Shown here: piece after piece, positions 1-14,669 of the stretch
Layout of the letters: each line of letters starts with the position of its first letter
How positions within the stretch are numbered: position 1 is the first letter of the stretch
Assembly: GCA_050613775.1 (NCBI GenBank)
Contig: JBODTK010000012.1
Span: 1,240,001 to 1,304,000, forward strand
Length of the DNA: 64,000 nt
From: Neocallimastix sp. 'constans'
Lineage: Eukaryota
Direction of reading: 5' to 3'
Notes under the pieces: generated by a model
The model's database searches: none
Seen by the model: only the letters and a program-made list of their open reading frames with translations
What the model was told of the DNA's origin: nothing
Position numbers and translations under genes: made by a program

Positions 1-1379
1 AATAAACTATAAAATAAAAAAAAAATTCAAATTTATATAAAATATTTTAATTTAAATAATAAATAAATAAATAATATGTAAATATGTAAATAAATAAAAA
101 GTAAATAAGTATATAAATATTAATAACAGATATATAATAAATAGTATAATATTTAATAAATAATAAATGAATATTATAATAAATGAATATTAAAATAAAT
201 AAATGCATATGATTATTAATAAATAAATAAATAAATAAATAATATATGTTTTAAAAATGAAATTTTTTTTAAACATATTTGGAAATAATATTATATATAT
301 ATTATACAATGTTATGTTATATATATTTAATATTTCATAATTTTATTATAATTTAATTAGTATTAATTTTTATTATATTTAATATTATATTTATATTATA
401 TAAGTTCTATAATAATATATATTAGAAATAGATAAACTAATTAATTATTTAATTATTTAATATTAGATAAAAGTTTAATTATTATTATTATTATGATTAT
501 TATGATGATGATTATTATGATTTATTATTAATTATTATTTATTATTATTATTATTAATTATTATTATTATTTATTATTTATTATTATTTATTTATTAGTA
601 ATTATTAATTATTATTATTAATTATTAATTATTCTAAATTATTCAATTTAATTTCAACAAACTACTAAATTAATTTGAAATATATGGAAAATATATGGAA
701 TAATAGTTTAACCAATATATTCTATTATATATAAAAGTAATTAGTATTTGAAAAGATTAAATGAAACTAAAAAAAAAAAAAAACTATTGGAGAATAATAA
801 GTAAATTGGAAAATTTTTTAATTCTTTATTATAAAAATCCAAAATATTTAATTAATATAAAATTTTAATTAGAAAATAATTTATTTTATTAATTAACTTT
901 AATATTTTTAATTTAATATTTCCTTTTGAAATTTGATTTCTCTAATTGAAATGGAATATCAACAGGATTAGGTAAATTGAGAATATGGAGGATGTTGTGT
1001 GCTTATGAATCTTTTAATGATAGTTTTTTAAGCTCTTTAATAAAAAATAAAAATCATAGATTAAAAAAATTATAATAGATAGTAGTGTAAGTCAATCTAT
1101 AAATATTTATATAAGTAAATATTATTAAATAATTTATATAATTAAAACTATTATTTAGATAATTTATAATAGATATCATATTTAATAATAATAATTAAAT
1201 ATTCTTATTTGAATATAGAAAATATAGAAATATATAATATAATATTATAATATTATAATAGTACTATATGATATTTTATTTTTTATCTAAATATTTTTTA
1301 TTTAAATTTTAATTATTTTAATAAATAAATAAATTAATTTGATAATTTCCATATTCAGTAAATATTAAATTGAAAAAAA

Positions 1380-1410
<31 letters not shown>

Positions 1411-2909
1411 GAAATAAAATAAGGAAAAATAAAGCAAGAAGAAAAAATAAAAAAAAGTATAAATTTACTAATTAACTATAAGATGATAATAACATTTAAA
1501 TCAAATATTATTTATGTTATCTGTCAAAATATTCGACCATTATTACCATTATCTTTTAACTGCATTAAATTTTATTATTTTTCTGAATTTTTTTTTTTAT
1601 GGTTTATATGAAAATTTTCAATTCTAATAAATTGATGCCATCCATTTTCAGTATTCTCGTAATAATTGTAATCTTTAGTTAAATAATACACAATACATAA
1701 AACTTTATTTATTTAAAAATTGTCATACATTTTTTGTTTTCCTAAAAAAAAAATAATAATAAATAATTGAAAGTTTTTTTTTTTTGTTAATTTATTTATT
1801 AATTAAATATATATTTATAATTATCATCTATTATAATAAATAAATTAATTATTCATTATTATTATTATTTATTATTCAATTATTTATTATTTAATTATTA
1901 TTTATTATTTATTACAAATTATTTGTAATTTAAAGTTAAAATGTCATTATACTTTCATTTATTATTATTTAATATTATTTATTATTTATTTATTATTTAT
2001 TATTTATTATTTATTATTTATTATTTATTATTTATTATTTCTTATTTCTTATTTATTATTTATTATTTATTATTTAATTCTTTATTATTTAATTCTTTAT
2101 TATTTATTATTTAATTATTTATTATTTATTATTTAATTATTTTATAATTTATTATTCAATTATTTATTATTCAATTATTTATTATTCAATTATTTATTAT
2201 TTATTATTTATTATTTATTATTTATTATACAATATTTTTTTTTTATTATTATTAATTCTTTATTATTTAATTCCTTATTATTTATTATTTAATTATTTAT
2301 TATTTATTATTTAATTATTTTTTTTTAAAAAATTGTTTGTTAATAAAAAAAAATATAATAAAAACATGTTCTATATTTTATTTAATTAATTAACTGTTGT
2401 AAAAATTTATAAATTTAATTAATTTACAAATTTGAAATTTATTTATTAGCAATATAAAATAAAACAAAAAGTCCTTAATTGAAACATAGGAAAGTCTCTT
2501 TATCTTATTAATAATTAATAAATAATGATTTATATATATTTAGAAAAAAAAAAGAATTCTTTTTTTATTATTTAATGATCTCAATTAATTTCTGTTTTAT
2601 ATATATATATATACATCTTATACATCATGTTGTATTTTTTCTAAATAACAATTTATTAATTTAAAGAACCATTTCTTCTATATGTATATATATGTCTTGT
2701 ATCAATTATTAATTCAAAATGATTTAAAATGAAAGAAAAAGCTTATAATAATAATAAGAAAAAAACAAAAAAGAAGTCATCGTTTTTTATATAATTATAA
2801 TTATAATTATTATAGTAGAAAAAAAAAAAGGCTTCATAAAAAATGATTTTATTTATTTATTTATTTATTTATTCAATTTTCTTTAAAATAATATAAAAAT
2901 ATACTTTAC

Positions 2910-2942
<33 letters not shown>

Positions 2943-4587
2943 CCATATTTTTAATGCATTATCATAAAAATTCAATCTTTATTTAAATTACGTATATTCT
3001 AATATATAACTATTCTAATGAATTTTATTAGATAATAAATTTATAAACTATAGCTAAATTTCGTAAAATATAATTAATCCATCTATATAATAAATAAACA
3101 TAAATAAACTAATTAAATAAATAAAATTAATAAATTAAATAAAAATATATATAAATTGAATAAATAATTTAAATAAACAAAATAAATAAAAAAGCCAACA
3201 ATAATATTAAAATAGACTTTACTATATATTTTAAATATTTAATTAAGAAGCAATAAGTAAAGGAATATATTCATATATTTAATAAAAATACATATTTATT
3301 TTTATTTTCTTTTATTTTAAAAATTAAATTTATTAATAATACATATAATATATGATTTATATTGCTTTTATTAAATTATTTATTATTTATTATTTATTAT
3401 TTATTATTTATTATTATTTATTTATTTCATTATTTATTATTTATTATTTATTATTTATTATTATTTATTTATTTCATTATTTATTATTTATTATTTATTT
3501 TTTATTATTAATAAATACTCTTTTTATTATTATTAATATTATGATTTATTTATTTATTATTTATTTATTTATTATTATTGTTATTATTATTTAATTATTT
3601 ATTATTTATTTATTATTATTAATATTATTATTTATTTATTTATTTATTTATTATTCAATTATTTATTATTTTCGTTATTATTTAATTATTTATTATTTAT
3701 TATTATTAATATTACTATTTATTTATTATTATTATTCATATTATTATTTATTATTTATTATTTATTATTTATTTATTATTATTAATATTATTATTTATTA
3801 TTTATTATTTATTATTTATTTATTTATTTATTATTTATTATTTATTTATTTATTATTTATTATTTATTTATTTATTATTTATTATTTATTTATTTATTAT
3901 TTATTATTTATTTATTATTATTATTGTTATTGTTATTATTATTTAATTATTTATTATTTATTATTTATTATTCAATTATTTAATATAAAAAATGCATTAT
4001 TAAATATATCTACGTAAAATTAAAACTTAAATGGGAAAGTTTTGATGTTGCAATATTAGATCAAAACTTATTTAAGTGTTTTAATATTTATATTTACATA
4101 AAATGTTGAAACATCATTTATAAATAATGAAAATGTAACTCCATTGGTTTCAATACTTTTATAATTTTTATTTTCTTTAATATAAAATCATATGTATATA
4201 TTTTTTATTATATTTTATTCTTTTTTTTTTTTAATAAAAAAAGGAAAAAAGGAATCAAAAATAAAAAGTAGAATGACATAGAATTATAATAATAATAATA
4301 AAGAAATAAATATTTTTAAATATAGGAAGAAGAAAAAAAAAAAAGAAAAAGACAATAGTTAATATAATATTTTGAATATTTTGAATTTAATAAAATTAAT
4401 AAACAAAAGAAAAAAAAATTTTTTATTTTTTTTTTTTGTTTACATAATATTTTTATGCTATTTAAAGTTTACTAAACAAATAAGTACCGAATAATTTTAA
4501 TTACTTTATAAAGTATATTTAACCTATATGTTGAATTGATAATTAAAAAACAAAAGAAAAAAAAAAATTTAAAATAAAAAAATTTAG

Positions 4588-4588
<1 letters not shown>

Positions 4589-4631
<43 letters not shown>

Positions 4632-4648
4632 TAATAATAATAATAATA

Positions 4649-4730
<82 letters not shown>
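4589..4730. repeat. (AAT)n microsatellite
   Basis: Near-perfect ATAATAAT... run in intergenic DNA upstream of UNC119. Confidence 0.95.
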
Positions 4731-4733
<3 letters not shown>

Positions 4734-4963
4734 GAGGTTCATATTTTTGATAATTTTATCTTAAATACTTATTTATATATAAATTTATATATTAATATTT
4801 AAAAGATATATAATTTTTATTATTTAAAATTACAAATAAGAATTTTTATATATTATTTTCAAATCAAAAAAAAAAAAAAAGTATATAATGAAAATAAAAA
4901 ATTAAAATTTTATAGTTTTATAATTCTTGCAGAAAAAAAAAATAGTGTAAACAAATAATAATG

Positions 4964-5008
<45 letters not shown>

Positions 5009-5485
5009 CGAAAAATTAAAATTTTAAGAAAAATAAAAATAAATAGATATATTAAAATATTAAAATAAAAATTAACTTATTACCATAAGTTGAAAATTAA
5101 TAATTTTTTTTCTGTTTTTTAAAAAAAAAAAATTTTTTTTTTTTATTTATTTATTTATTTTTAGTTAAAATTTTTATATAAATCTATTTTATTCAAAATT
5201 ATTATTATTTTCTATTGAACTTTGAAATTGGTTTGAATTTTAAATTTTCAATTTGATAAAAAAATAGAAAAAAAGTATTGAAATATATTCTTTGTTTGAC
5301 TATATCATTACTATCATAATTAGTTATTAAAACTTTTTTTTCTTCTAATATTTCTTTTAACCAACATTAAAATTATATACAATAGCATTATTTTTTTTTA
5401 AAAAAATAAAAATAAAAATAAAAATAAAAATAAAAATAATAATCATTAATCATTAATCATTAATAATTACTATAAAATAAAAAAA

Positions 5486-6793
5486 ATGATTAGTCAAGGG
5501 GAAACAAAAAAAGTTAGAAGTACTAAAAAACTTTTTTTTAAAAAAAAATCAACCAATTCATCTACAACATCAGAAGATTTATCTGATCAATTACAAAAAA
5601 TGAGTCTCACCTCTACTATTACACCAGAGTTTGTTTCATCATTAAAAGCACCAACATCTTCTTTCTTATGTCCCATTGATAAAAATAAATATATTCAGTT
5701 TAAAGGATTTAAAATTCGTGATGTTGAATCGGGTGAAGTTTTCTATAATGTACATGATCCAACTGAACCTGAAAATTTTGATACCTTTATGAATGGAATG
5801 AATGATTCCTATCGTACCTTACATTATACTTTCTCTAAAAATTATTTAAAAGCTAAACATATTGGTACAACGTAAGTCTTTTTATTTATTTATTATTTTG
5901 TGTCGTTCTTTCTATCTTTTATTATTATTTTTTTATTTTTTTATTATTATTATTTTTTTTTTTATGTATTTATATTTAAATTTCATTTTATACCTATTTT
6001 CATTAAAATAAATTAATATATTAATGATTTTTTATGTATTGTGATTATGTTTCATCTTAATTTTTTTTTTTTTTTTGTTTTTTTTTTTTTAAAAAAAAAG
6101 TGTTGAATTTGCAACTTGTCCAGAAGCTATTCCAAACTTTAGGATGATTGAACGTCATTACTTCAAAAATAAATTAATAAAATCCTTTGACTTTAGCTTT
6201 GGTTTTTGTGTAAATAAAAGAAAAATTTTTTTTAAACCTTTTTACATAAATTAATAAAAAAAAGTTTATCATTATTATTATTATCATTATTATTATTTAT
6301 CTATAATTTATCTAAATTTTATAATAATAATTATATATATATATATATAATATTTAATCATTTATATATAGATTCCAAATAGTAAGAATACTTGGGAAAA
6401 TGTATATGAGGTAAATTGAAATATTAATTAATTATACTTTTCTAATTTATAATATCTATATTAAAAAAAAATAAAATAATAATAATAATAATAATTTTTA
6501 TATATTGATCAATATTTATTTATTTATTTCATTGAATTATTTTAAAATACAAAATAGGTTCCAAAGATTTCTCCAGGTTTATGTAAGTTTTTTAAATGAT
6601 TTTAAGACCCTTTATACTCATATTTAATATAAATAAGATGTAATAATATTAAATTATATTATATTATTATTTATAAAAAAAATATATAGATAAGGAAATG
6701 ATACAAAATCCAGAAGCAACCTGTTCTGATAGTTTCTACTTTATTGATGATAAACTATTTATGCATAATAAAGCTTACTTTACCTTTAAATAA
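5486..6793 (+). CDS. UNC119: UNC119-family lipid-binding ciliary trafficking chaperone (PDE-delta fold), 5 exons (5486-5871, 6101-6209, 6372-6410, 6559-6582, 6690-6793)
   Basis: Spliced translation gives FLCP..N.YIQF..FKIRD.ESG, then [38 protein letters not shown] and [26 protein letters not shown], which are hallmark UNC119 motifs. All introns are GT-AG with consistent phase. Confidence 0.95.
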
Positions 6794-6996
6794 ATTAAAA
6801 TTTATTAATTATTAATTAAATATTTTTAAATTTTACAGAAGATTTTTTTTTTTTTTTATTTTCTTTTTGATTTCTCCTTTTTTACTTTTTTTTTTTAACA
6901 AAATCATAAAATGCAATTAATATTTTTTTTTTAAAATAAAAAAATAATAATAATAATAAAATTAAATAACTAAATAAATAAATTAAATAAATGTAA

Positions 6997-7028
<32 letters not shown>

Positions 7029-7820
7029 AAACATTAAAAAATGAAAATGAAAATAAAAATAAAATAAAATAAAAAAAATAAAATAAAAATTATGCAAATA
7101 ATGGATGATCCAACTTTTTTTTTTTTAATTAACTAATAAAATTAAATTTTTATTAAAATAATCATGTAATATTAATTTAAAATTTTTCATTTTATGATAT
7201 TTAAAAAAGTGTTATATATATATATTGATTGATTGATTGATTGATCATATATATATCTTTTATATACAATTGTTAAAGTTTGAAATAAAGATTGATAATA
7301 AAAAGTTTTGGAATGAGTAATAATAATAAAAAATAAAAATAAAATAAAATAGAATAAAATAAATTTTATAAAATTTAGAAAGAGAAATAGAAAAAGAAAA
7401 AAGAATAAAAGTATAGAAAAGAAAAAAAGAGAAAAAAAAAGGTATAAAATGTGGAATTACAGAGAAAAAAAAATAGTAATACTAATGATTAATATATTAA
7501 CTTGAAAAAAAAGTAATAATAATATAATAAAACCAAATCATTTACAACTAAAAATAATATATTAATATAAATTGAATTCTTGTTTTAATATAGTGAAACA
7601 AATAAATGATGAAAAAAAAAAAAAAATAAAAATAAAAAATAAAAATATGAAAAAAAAAAAAAAAATAAATATATATATATATATATATTTATATAATATA
7701 ATGATATATATATATCAATATTTTAATAAAAAATTTTCCCCCTTTATAATGAAAAATTATTGATTATTATTATTATTACTAGTAGTAGTAGTAGAGTAAT
7801 TATTTGTTATATATATATTA

Positions 7821-8182
7821 TTAATTTTTTAAATTTAATTTTGATTTCGATTTTGATGTGCTTTTAGTTTCATTCAAATTATTTAGACTCTTTCCTATAA
7901 TTTTTCGATTAAGGAGTGGTGGTTTTTTCTTTTTTTGCGCTTGATTTAATGATGGGGTTGAATACGCTGGCTTCAGATTAGATATTAAATTATATTTTTT
8001 GGGGAATAATTCAGGTGTTTTCGATTTCATATTTAACTCATGTTTATATTCTAAATTAGTAATTTTAGTATCAATATCATTATCATTACTGTTATTGTTA
8101 GGCATATTTTTCTTATGTTCATTATTAGATTCATTGTTTTTACCTATTGCATCATTAGTATCATTAGTACTACTAATATTGA

Positions 8183-8219
<37 letters not shown>

Positions 8220-8722
8220 ATTAATGCTATCATTCATTTTATCCATAATATCAGATTTATCAATGATATTAGATTTATCAATGATATTAGATTTATCAAT
8301 AATACTATATTTATCCATGATATTAGATTTATCAATGATATTAGATTTATCAATAATACTATATTTATCCATGATATTAGATTTATCAATGATATTAGAT
8401 TCATTGGTATTACTAACATTGCTAATAGTATTAATATTATAAATAATATTTCCATTCGTTGAATTTAATATACTAAATTCTTTTAGATCAATCTCAGATT
8501 TCATTGTATCCTCTAAAATATTTTTATAGCTTATTTTATTTGTACTGCTATTATTCTTTAGAGGCTCTTCACTAATAATAATGAATTGACTATTAGGATC
8601 TTCAGAACTATTTAAGGAAAAATTGCTATAACTATTACTGTTACTTTTAATATTAATATTACTACTACTATTATTATTATTACTATTAATATTACTATTA
8701 TTAGTAGTATTACTATTATTAC

Positions 8723-8754
<32 letters not shown>

Positions 8755-9271
8755 GTAGTAGTAGTAGTAGTAGTAGTTGATGTTGTTATTGGATTTTCAT
8801 TATCATTGTTTTGTTGTTGACTGTTGGATCTTTTATCTTTATCATTTATAATTTTTATGGTATCATTTTTGATGCATTTCTCTTTAGCTTTAGTGGAAAG
8901 AATTCTTGCTGTTTCAGGAGATACTACTAAAATATTATTGTTCTTAAAGGTATCAATACTATTCTTTCCTACTTCCTTACATTCTAAATCTCTTAAGGCA
9001 CTTTCAGAGTAGTATATTGTAATTCCCTTATTTTTTTTCGGTTGATTTAATTCATTATCTGATTGACAAAATTCATATTTTCTTTCTTTACCTATCAATG
9101 GTTTCGTCTCACAAATTGATTTTGAAATTTCATTCTCATTATTAAATTTATCTGGGCCGACGATTGAAAAGAACTCATGATTATTACAATGATAATTCAC
9201 CATTACTTTATTTGAATTTATTTTATTCTCTTCAGAATATTGTTCACTTGGTGTGACTTCACACTTGTTAA

Positions 9272-9329
<58 letters not shown>

Positions 9330-9896
9330 TTTAGTATTCATGGAGCATACAATACATTTATGACAATTTGGACACTTATAATGTACATTCAATGAAGTAT
9401 CTAACTTTATATCTTCTCCCATTTTTTTAGTCGTTTCTTGATTTTTCAACGTAGTATTACATGAATCTGAGGATGATTTAATTTCATTTACATTGCTTTT
9501 GGAAATAACATCCAATTGAATTTCTTGTGATTTTACTTCAATATTATTATTTATATTAATATTAATAATATTATTAATATTATTAATATTATTATTATTA
9601 TTAATATTATTAATATTAATATTATTATTATTATTATTATTATTAGTATTAGTATTACCATTATCCTTATTATTATCCTTATTATTATTATTATTAATAG
9701 TAGTAGTAGTTGTAGTAGTAATATTATTTATGTTATTGCTATTATTATCATTTTCTGAGCTTATAATATTAACAGTACTATGACCATTATAATTACGGTA
9801 GATAGTCTGAATACATTCATCAATATGGTTTCTAATACTGTTGTCATCCGTTTGAGTTTGAGTAGAAACTGTCGGTACAAACCTAGAAATTTTCAA
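7821..9896 (-). CDS. Asn/Thr-rich low-complexity hypothetical protein; 5' end uncertain (frame stays open to ~9936, probable upstream exon)
   Basis: 691-codon ORF with coding-like composition. Contains a CPNCHKCIVC cysteine cluster, a 9x6-aa repeat and a basic C-terminus. The TTG start in the ORF track is not a credible eukaryotic start. Confidence 0.7.
8238..8399 (-). repeat. Coding 18-bp tandem repeat (9 units, SNIIDK/SNIMDK/YSIIDK)
   Basis: Directly visible in DNA and in the translation, with a higher-order 54-bp period. Confidence 0.9.
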
Positions 9897-10347
9897 CTTC
9901 TCATCACCATTGGCATATTCTCGATTAAATATTTTACTATTAAATTTTCATTTTTTTTATTTTTTATTAATTTTATTTTTATTTGATTTAAATATATATT
10001 TTTTTTATTTTTTATTTTTTTTTTTTTTATTATTATCATTTTTTTTTTTTTTTAATTTCAATTTCATTTCATTTCAATTTTTTTATAAATATATATTATT
10101 ATTAAAATTATAATTATTAACCATTTTATTATATTATTTCAATAATATTTATATTTAGTTTAAAAATTAAATTATTTATTAATTATATATTTTTATTATA
10201 TAATCATAAATTTATTTATATATATATATTTTTTATTTTTATTTTTATTTTTTTTTTTTTTATGTAATTATTTTCAGGTACAAATTTATTTATCATTGAT
10301 AAATGATAAGAATTTAATATTAAAAAATTTTTTATATAATTAAAAGG

Positions 10348-10387
<40 letters not shown>

Positions 10388-11049
10388 TTGAACTTTTTAA
10401 TTATATTATTCTATAATTTAAATAAATAAATTTTTTTTTCTATGCTTAATTAATTTTAATTTATGTTATATTTAATATTATTTCATCATTATAATTAATT
10501 GCTTTTTTTTATTATTATTATAATAATAATATTATTATTATTCTTAATTCTCAATTCATACTGATTTTATTTATTTTATTTTTTCATATAACAATTCATA
10601 ATTTATAATAAAATTATTATTATATATATATATTGATATATATATATATATAATTTTTTTTTTCTTAAAAAAAAAACTATTTTCTAATTTAAATATTATT
10701 TATTATTTTTAAATTATTATCAATATATATAAAAAATATATATTTTAATATTAAATTCTTCTTATTATTTTTTTTATTTTTTATTTTTTTTTTTAAAAAA
10801 AAAAATAAATAATAAAAATTTTTAAAAATATTGATGAATGAATAAAAAAAAAAAAAAAAAAAAAAAGATATTTACTTATATTCCTTAATGAGAAACAAGT
10901 ATTTACTCTCCTATAATATTAAATAAAAAAAAAGTTATTAATTAAATTAAATAAAATAAAATAATATTAATATAAAAATTAATAGATATATTAAAATTAT
11001 ATAAATAAATATATGATATTATATATTAATAAAGTATAATAAGAAGCTA

Positions 11050-11483
11050 TTAAGCTATGGAATTTACTTTATCTTTTAATTCTTTTTCTAAATTCGCTAC
11101 TTTTACTGATTGTTCTCTTAAACTTAGCTCATATTCTTTATTTTCTAGCTTTAAATTTTTTAATATATCCTTTTTTTTTTATTTTAATTTAAATATAATT
11201 TTTAAATAATTATTAATTATTATTATACTTTTTTTTTTTTTTTATTACTATATATATATTTTTTTTAAAAATTAAATAATAACAAAAATATATATTATCT
11301 TATACATACTTCAGAACTTTTCAATATATGTTCTAATTCTTCTTTTTCTTTTTTAGGTACCATACGTTTTTGAAGTTCTTTTAATTCCTTTATTTCATTA
11401 TTTTGACCTGAAATCTAAAAATTATAAATAAAATTTTTATAAAAGATAAATATATATATATTTATAAATAAAAACAAAATGAA

Positions 11484-11536
<53 letters not shown>

Positions 11537-13107
11537 ACTTCAGATTCTAATTTTTCTATTCTCTTTTCATATTCTTTTATTAAATCTGCATTTTCTTGAT
11601 TGACTTCTGGACCTTCCAGTTCTTCATTTTCTTTCAATAAGAATCGTTCAAATGCATCTCTTTTTTCATTTAAATAATAACTTAAACTTTTTTTTTTTTT
11701 TTTAATTTTATGATAATATTATATATATATTAAATAAAATATAGTTTTTAAATATTTGGACAATAGAAGAACAAAAAGAAAAACAATAAATAAAAATATT
11801 TACCTTTTATTTTCAGCTATTTTTTGTAATAATAAATAATATAAATATTATTTTAATTTTAATAATATATTTTATATATATTATATATATATTAATTTTA
11901 AATATATTTTTTTTCTTTTAATTTTTTTATTTTTAATTTATAAAATTCAAATTCAAATATATATATAAATAAATTTAAATTTAAATAAAAATTAAAAATG
12001 AAAAATAAAAATGAAAAATTGTCATAATTTACTTATTAATTCATCTAATTGAGATTCTAATTCTTTATTCCTTTGCGTTTCATATTTTAATAATAATCTG
12101 TTTTCATTCTGTGCTAATAATCTTTGAATTTTCATTTTTAAAAAATTTATTTCATTTTGATCTACTTTAATATTTTTGATGATTTTATCATATTCATTCT
12201 TTCATTTTAATTATATTGAAGTGGTAATTATAATAAAATATATATATATGATATTTTTTAATTATTATTATTATTATTATTATTAATAACTCTCTATATA
12301 TTTAAATATTTAAATATTTATAAATATGTATATATATATATATATGTTTTACCTTGATTTCTGATAATAAAGTACCAAAGGTTGGAAATTCTTCACATAT
12401 CATATCCATACAATGACTATAAATTTCTAATCGTCTCATGTCACCATTTTCATCATCTTTTTTTAATTTTAATAAATTTAATTCCTATTAAATTATATAT
12501 GCAAAAAAAATTTATTATTTAATAATAAAATATATTTTAAATCATATTTGTTAATAAATATATATATAAACATATTTATTAACATAATATATTTTATAAA
12601 AAAAAGTATATAAATTACAAATAAAAAATAAAAAATAATATAAAAAAAATTATTATTATATATATATCTTTATTATCATTATCATTATCATTATCATTAA
12701 TATTATTATTTACTTTATCGATATAGTTTTGAATTTTCTCCGCTTTATCATTTTTATAAAAATTTTTAAATTTTTTTGTATTATCGGTGACTTTGAATTT
12801 TTTGGTATTTTCGAGACTTAATACTTTTTCTTGAAATGAAACATCCTTCGCATTATACATTTTTGATTTAAAAATTGGAAGGGCTGGTTTAAATATTGAA
12901 ATATGGGATGAATCATTATTTTCATTTTTAATATCATTTTTACTATCATTTTTAGTAGTGTCCTTATTCATATTTTCCTTATCATTCGGATTACCATTGA
13001 AACTAACTTTATTATTGTCTGTGGAATTTGATATTTGTTGTAGAGTATTTGAATTTTCTGAAATGGTTTTATTTTTATTTTGACTATCATTATCATTATT
13101 ATTATTA

Positions 13108-13148
<41 letters not shown>

Positions 13149-13576
13149 TTCTGTAGTTTCTGTTGAATGTGATGACGATATTGAGGTATTATTATTATTA
13201 ATCATTGGAATTTTCAATGAATTTGTTGATGATGCTGAATTAAGATTTTCTTTTTCTTTGTCCTTCTCTTCTTTGGTATCAAGGGAACTAACTGATTTAT
13301 TAGAGGAATTATTTTTTCCTGTAATGGAATGTGATGAATTTATTATGGGTTCTAAAGGTTCTAAAGGTTTTAATGAAATATTGGAAGGTATGGAATTTTG
13401 TGGATAAGAATTTAAAGGTTTGGTATTATCATTATGATTTCGCTTTGAAATACTTTCTTCAGGAAGTACTTTTGAACATGAATTATTCTTTCCACTATTA
13501 CTATTACTATTATTATTATCAGTATTATTATTATCATTATTTTTATTACTATTATTATTACCATTAGTATTACTAC

Positions 13577-13612
<36 letters not shown>

Positions 13613-14669
13613 TGTGTGTACTATGATTAATTTGATTTTCTAATGATGGTACAATATTTAAATTTTTTGGAATAGATCCATTATCAGTTTCTGTTATTGA
13701 ATATGGAGATGGTATAAAGATATTATCCTCATTCATATCTCTCAAATATTTAATATAATCATATTTTTCTATTATATCATGTATATCTGTATTTGATTTT
13801 GTAATGACACTGAAATCTATACCTTCATCACTTTCAAATCTTAACATTCTACTTTTATTTTCATAATCTTTTCTAGTATTATTATTATCCTTATTATTAG
13901 TATTATCTTTATTATTATCCTTATTATTAGTATTATCTTTATTATTATTATTATTATTCTCTTTTTTATTATCTTCATTTTTAATGGAAATATCTTTTTT
14001 TGGTAATATTAATCTATCTTGTACCTTCTTTTTAACTTTCATCTCTGATTTTTTCTTTAATCCATTTTTTGCTTTTTGATTTTTAATTATTTCTTGATAT
14101 CGTTCGTTCAATTCCTTTACACGATCTTGTAATTTTTGATTATTCAAAAGTATTTCTGTTTCCCCTTCATCCATTATTCCTCCTAAATTTTTAATTGTGT
14201 TCGGTGAATCTAACATAAAAAATTTATTGCTATTATTAGTATTATTATTATCATTGTTATTATTGGTAGTACTAACGTTGTTGCTGGATTTTTTAATGGA
14301 AGAGGAGGTTGAAGGATTATTAAGTACTGGTTTATTCATTTGTATTTGACTCCATTGATCTAATGTCTTAGTAAGGGTTCTCGTTACCTTTTTATCATAT
14401 TCAGAATTTAAATTATCAGTATGAAGATATCCTCCCATCATTAATTTAGCAATATTTTTTTGATAATCTTTATTAATCGTATCAGCCAATGGACATATTG
14501 TCTGTTTTTTAGTATTTAATTTTGGTGATATTGGTATGGATGATTTATTATTTGATAAATGACTTTTAATTTTATGGGTTCTTTTAATTGGTACTAAATT
14601 AACTTTTGAACTCAATGAGGTTTCCTCACTCCTCCATCGATTAATTTCATCTGAAATATTAAAAGACAT
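11050..14669 (-). CDS. Coiled-coil protein with TSNAXIP1_N/C6orf118-like domain after a long Asn-rich N-terminal region; about 7 exons including a 13-nt microexon
   Basis: Exon 1 ends at 12714 (GATAAA|GTAAAT). The spliced product reads IQNYIDK|ELNLLKLKKDDENGDMRRLEIYSHCMDMICEEFPTFGTLLSEIK|NEYDKII, resembling the RL..Y/F...I......G.LL..IK.EY pattern of TSNAXIP1/C6orf118/CLHC1. Coiled-coil exons follow, ending ...KDKVNSIA*. Confidence 0.7.

Noticed and set aside
3352..3594. Hydrophobic I/Y/L/F ORFs (also 6882-7097, 7572-7763, 15818-16102, 20624-20899, 22773-23000, 40896-41215, 51997-52260)
   Set aside because: Translations of AT-rich microsatellite or low-complexity DNA; no coding signature.
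7999..9012. Antisense or alternate-frame ORFs inside long genes (also 13331-13567, 27731-30837, 39113-39370, 41592-41927, 56478-56856, 58428-61522)
   Set aside because: Shadows of real CDSs or coding repeats.
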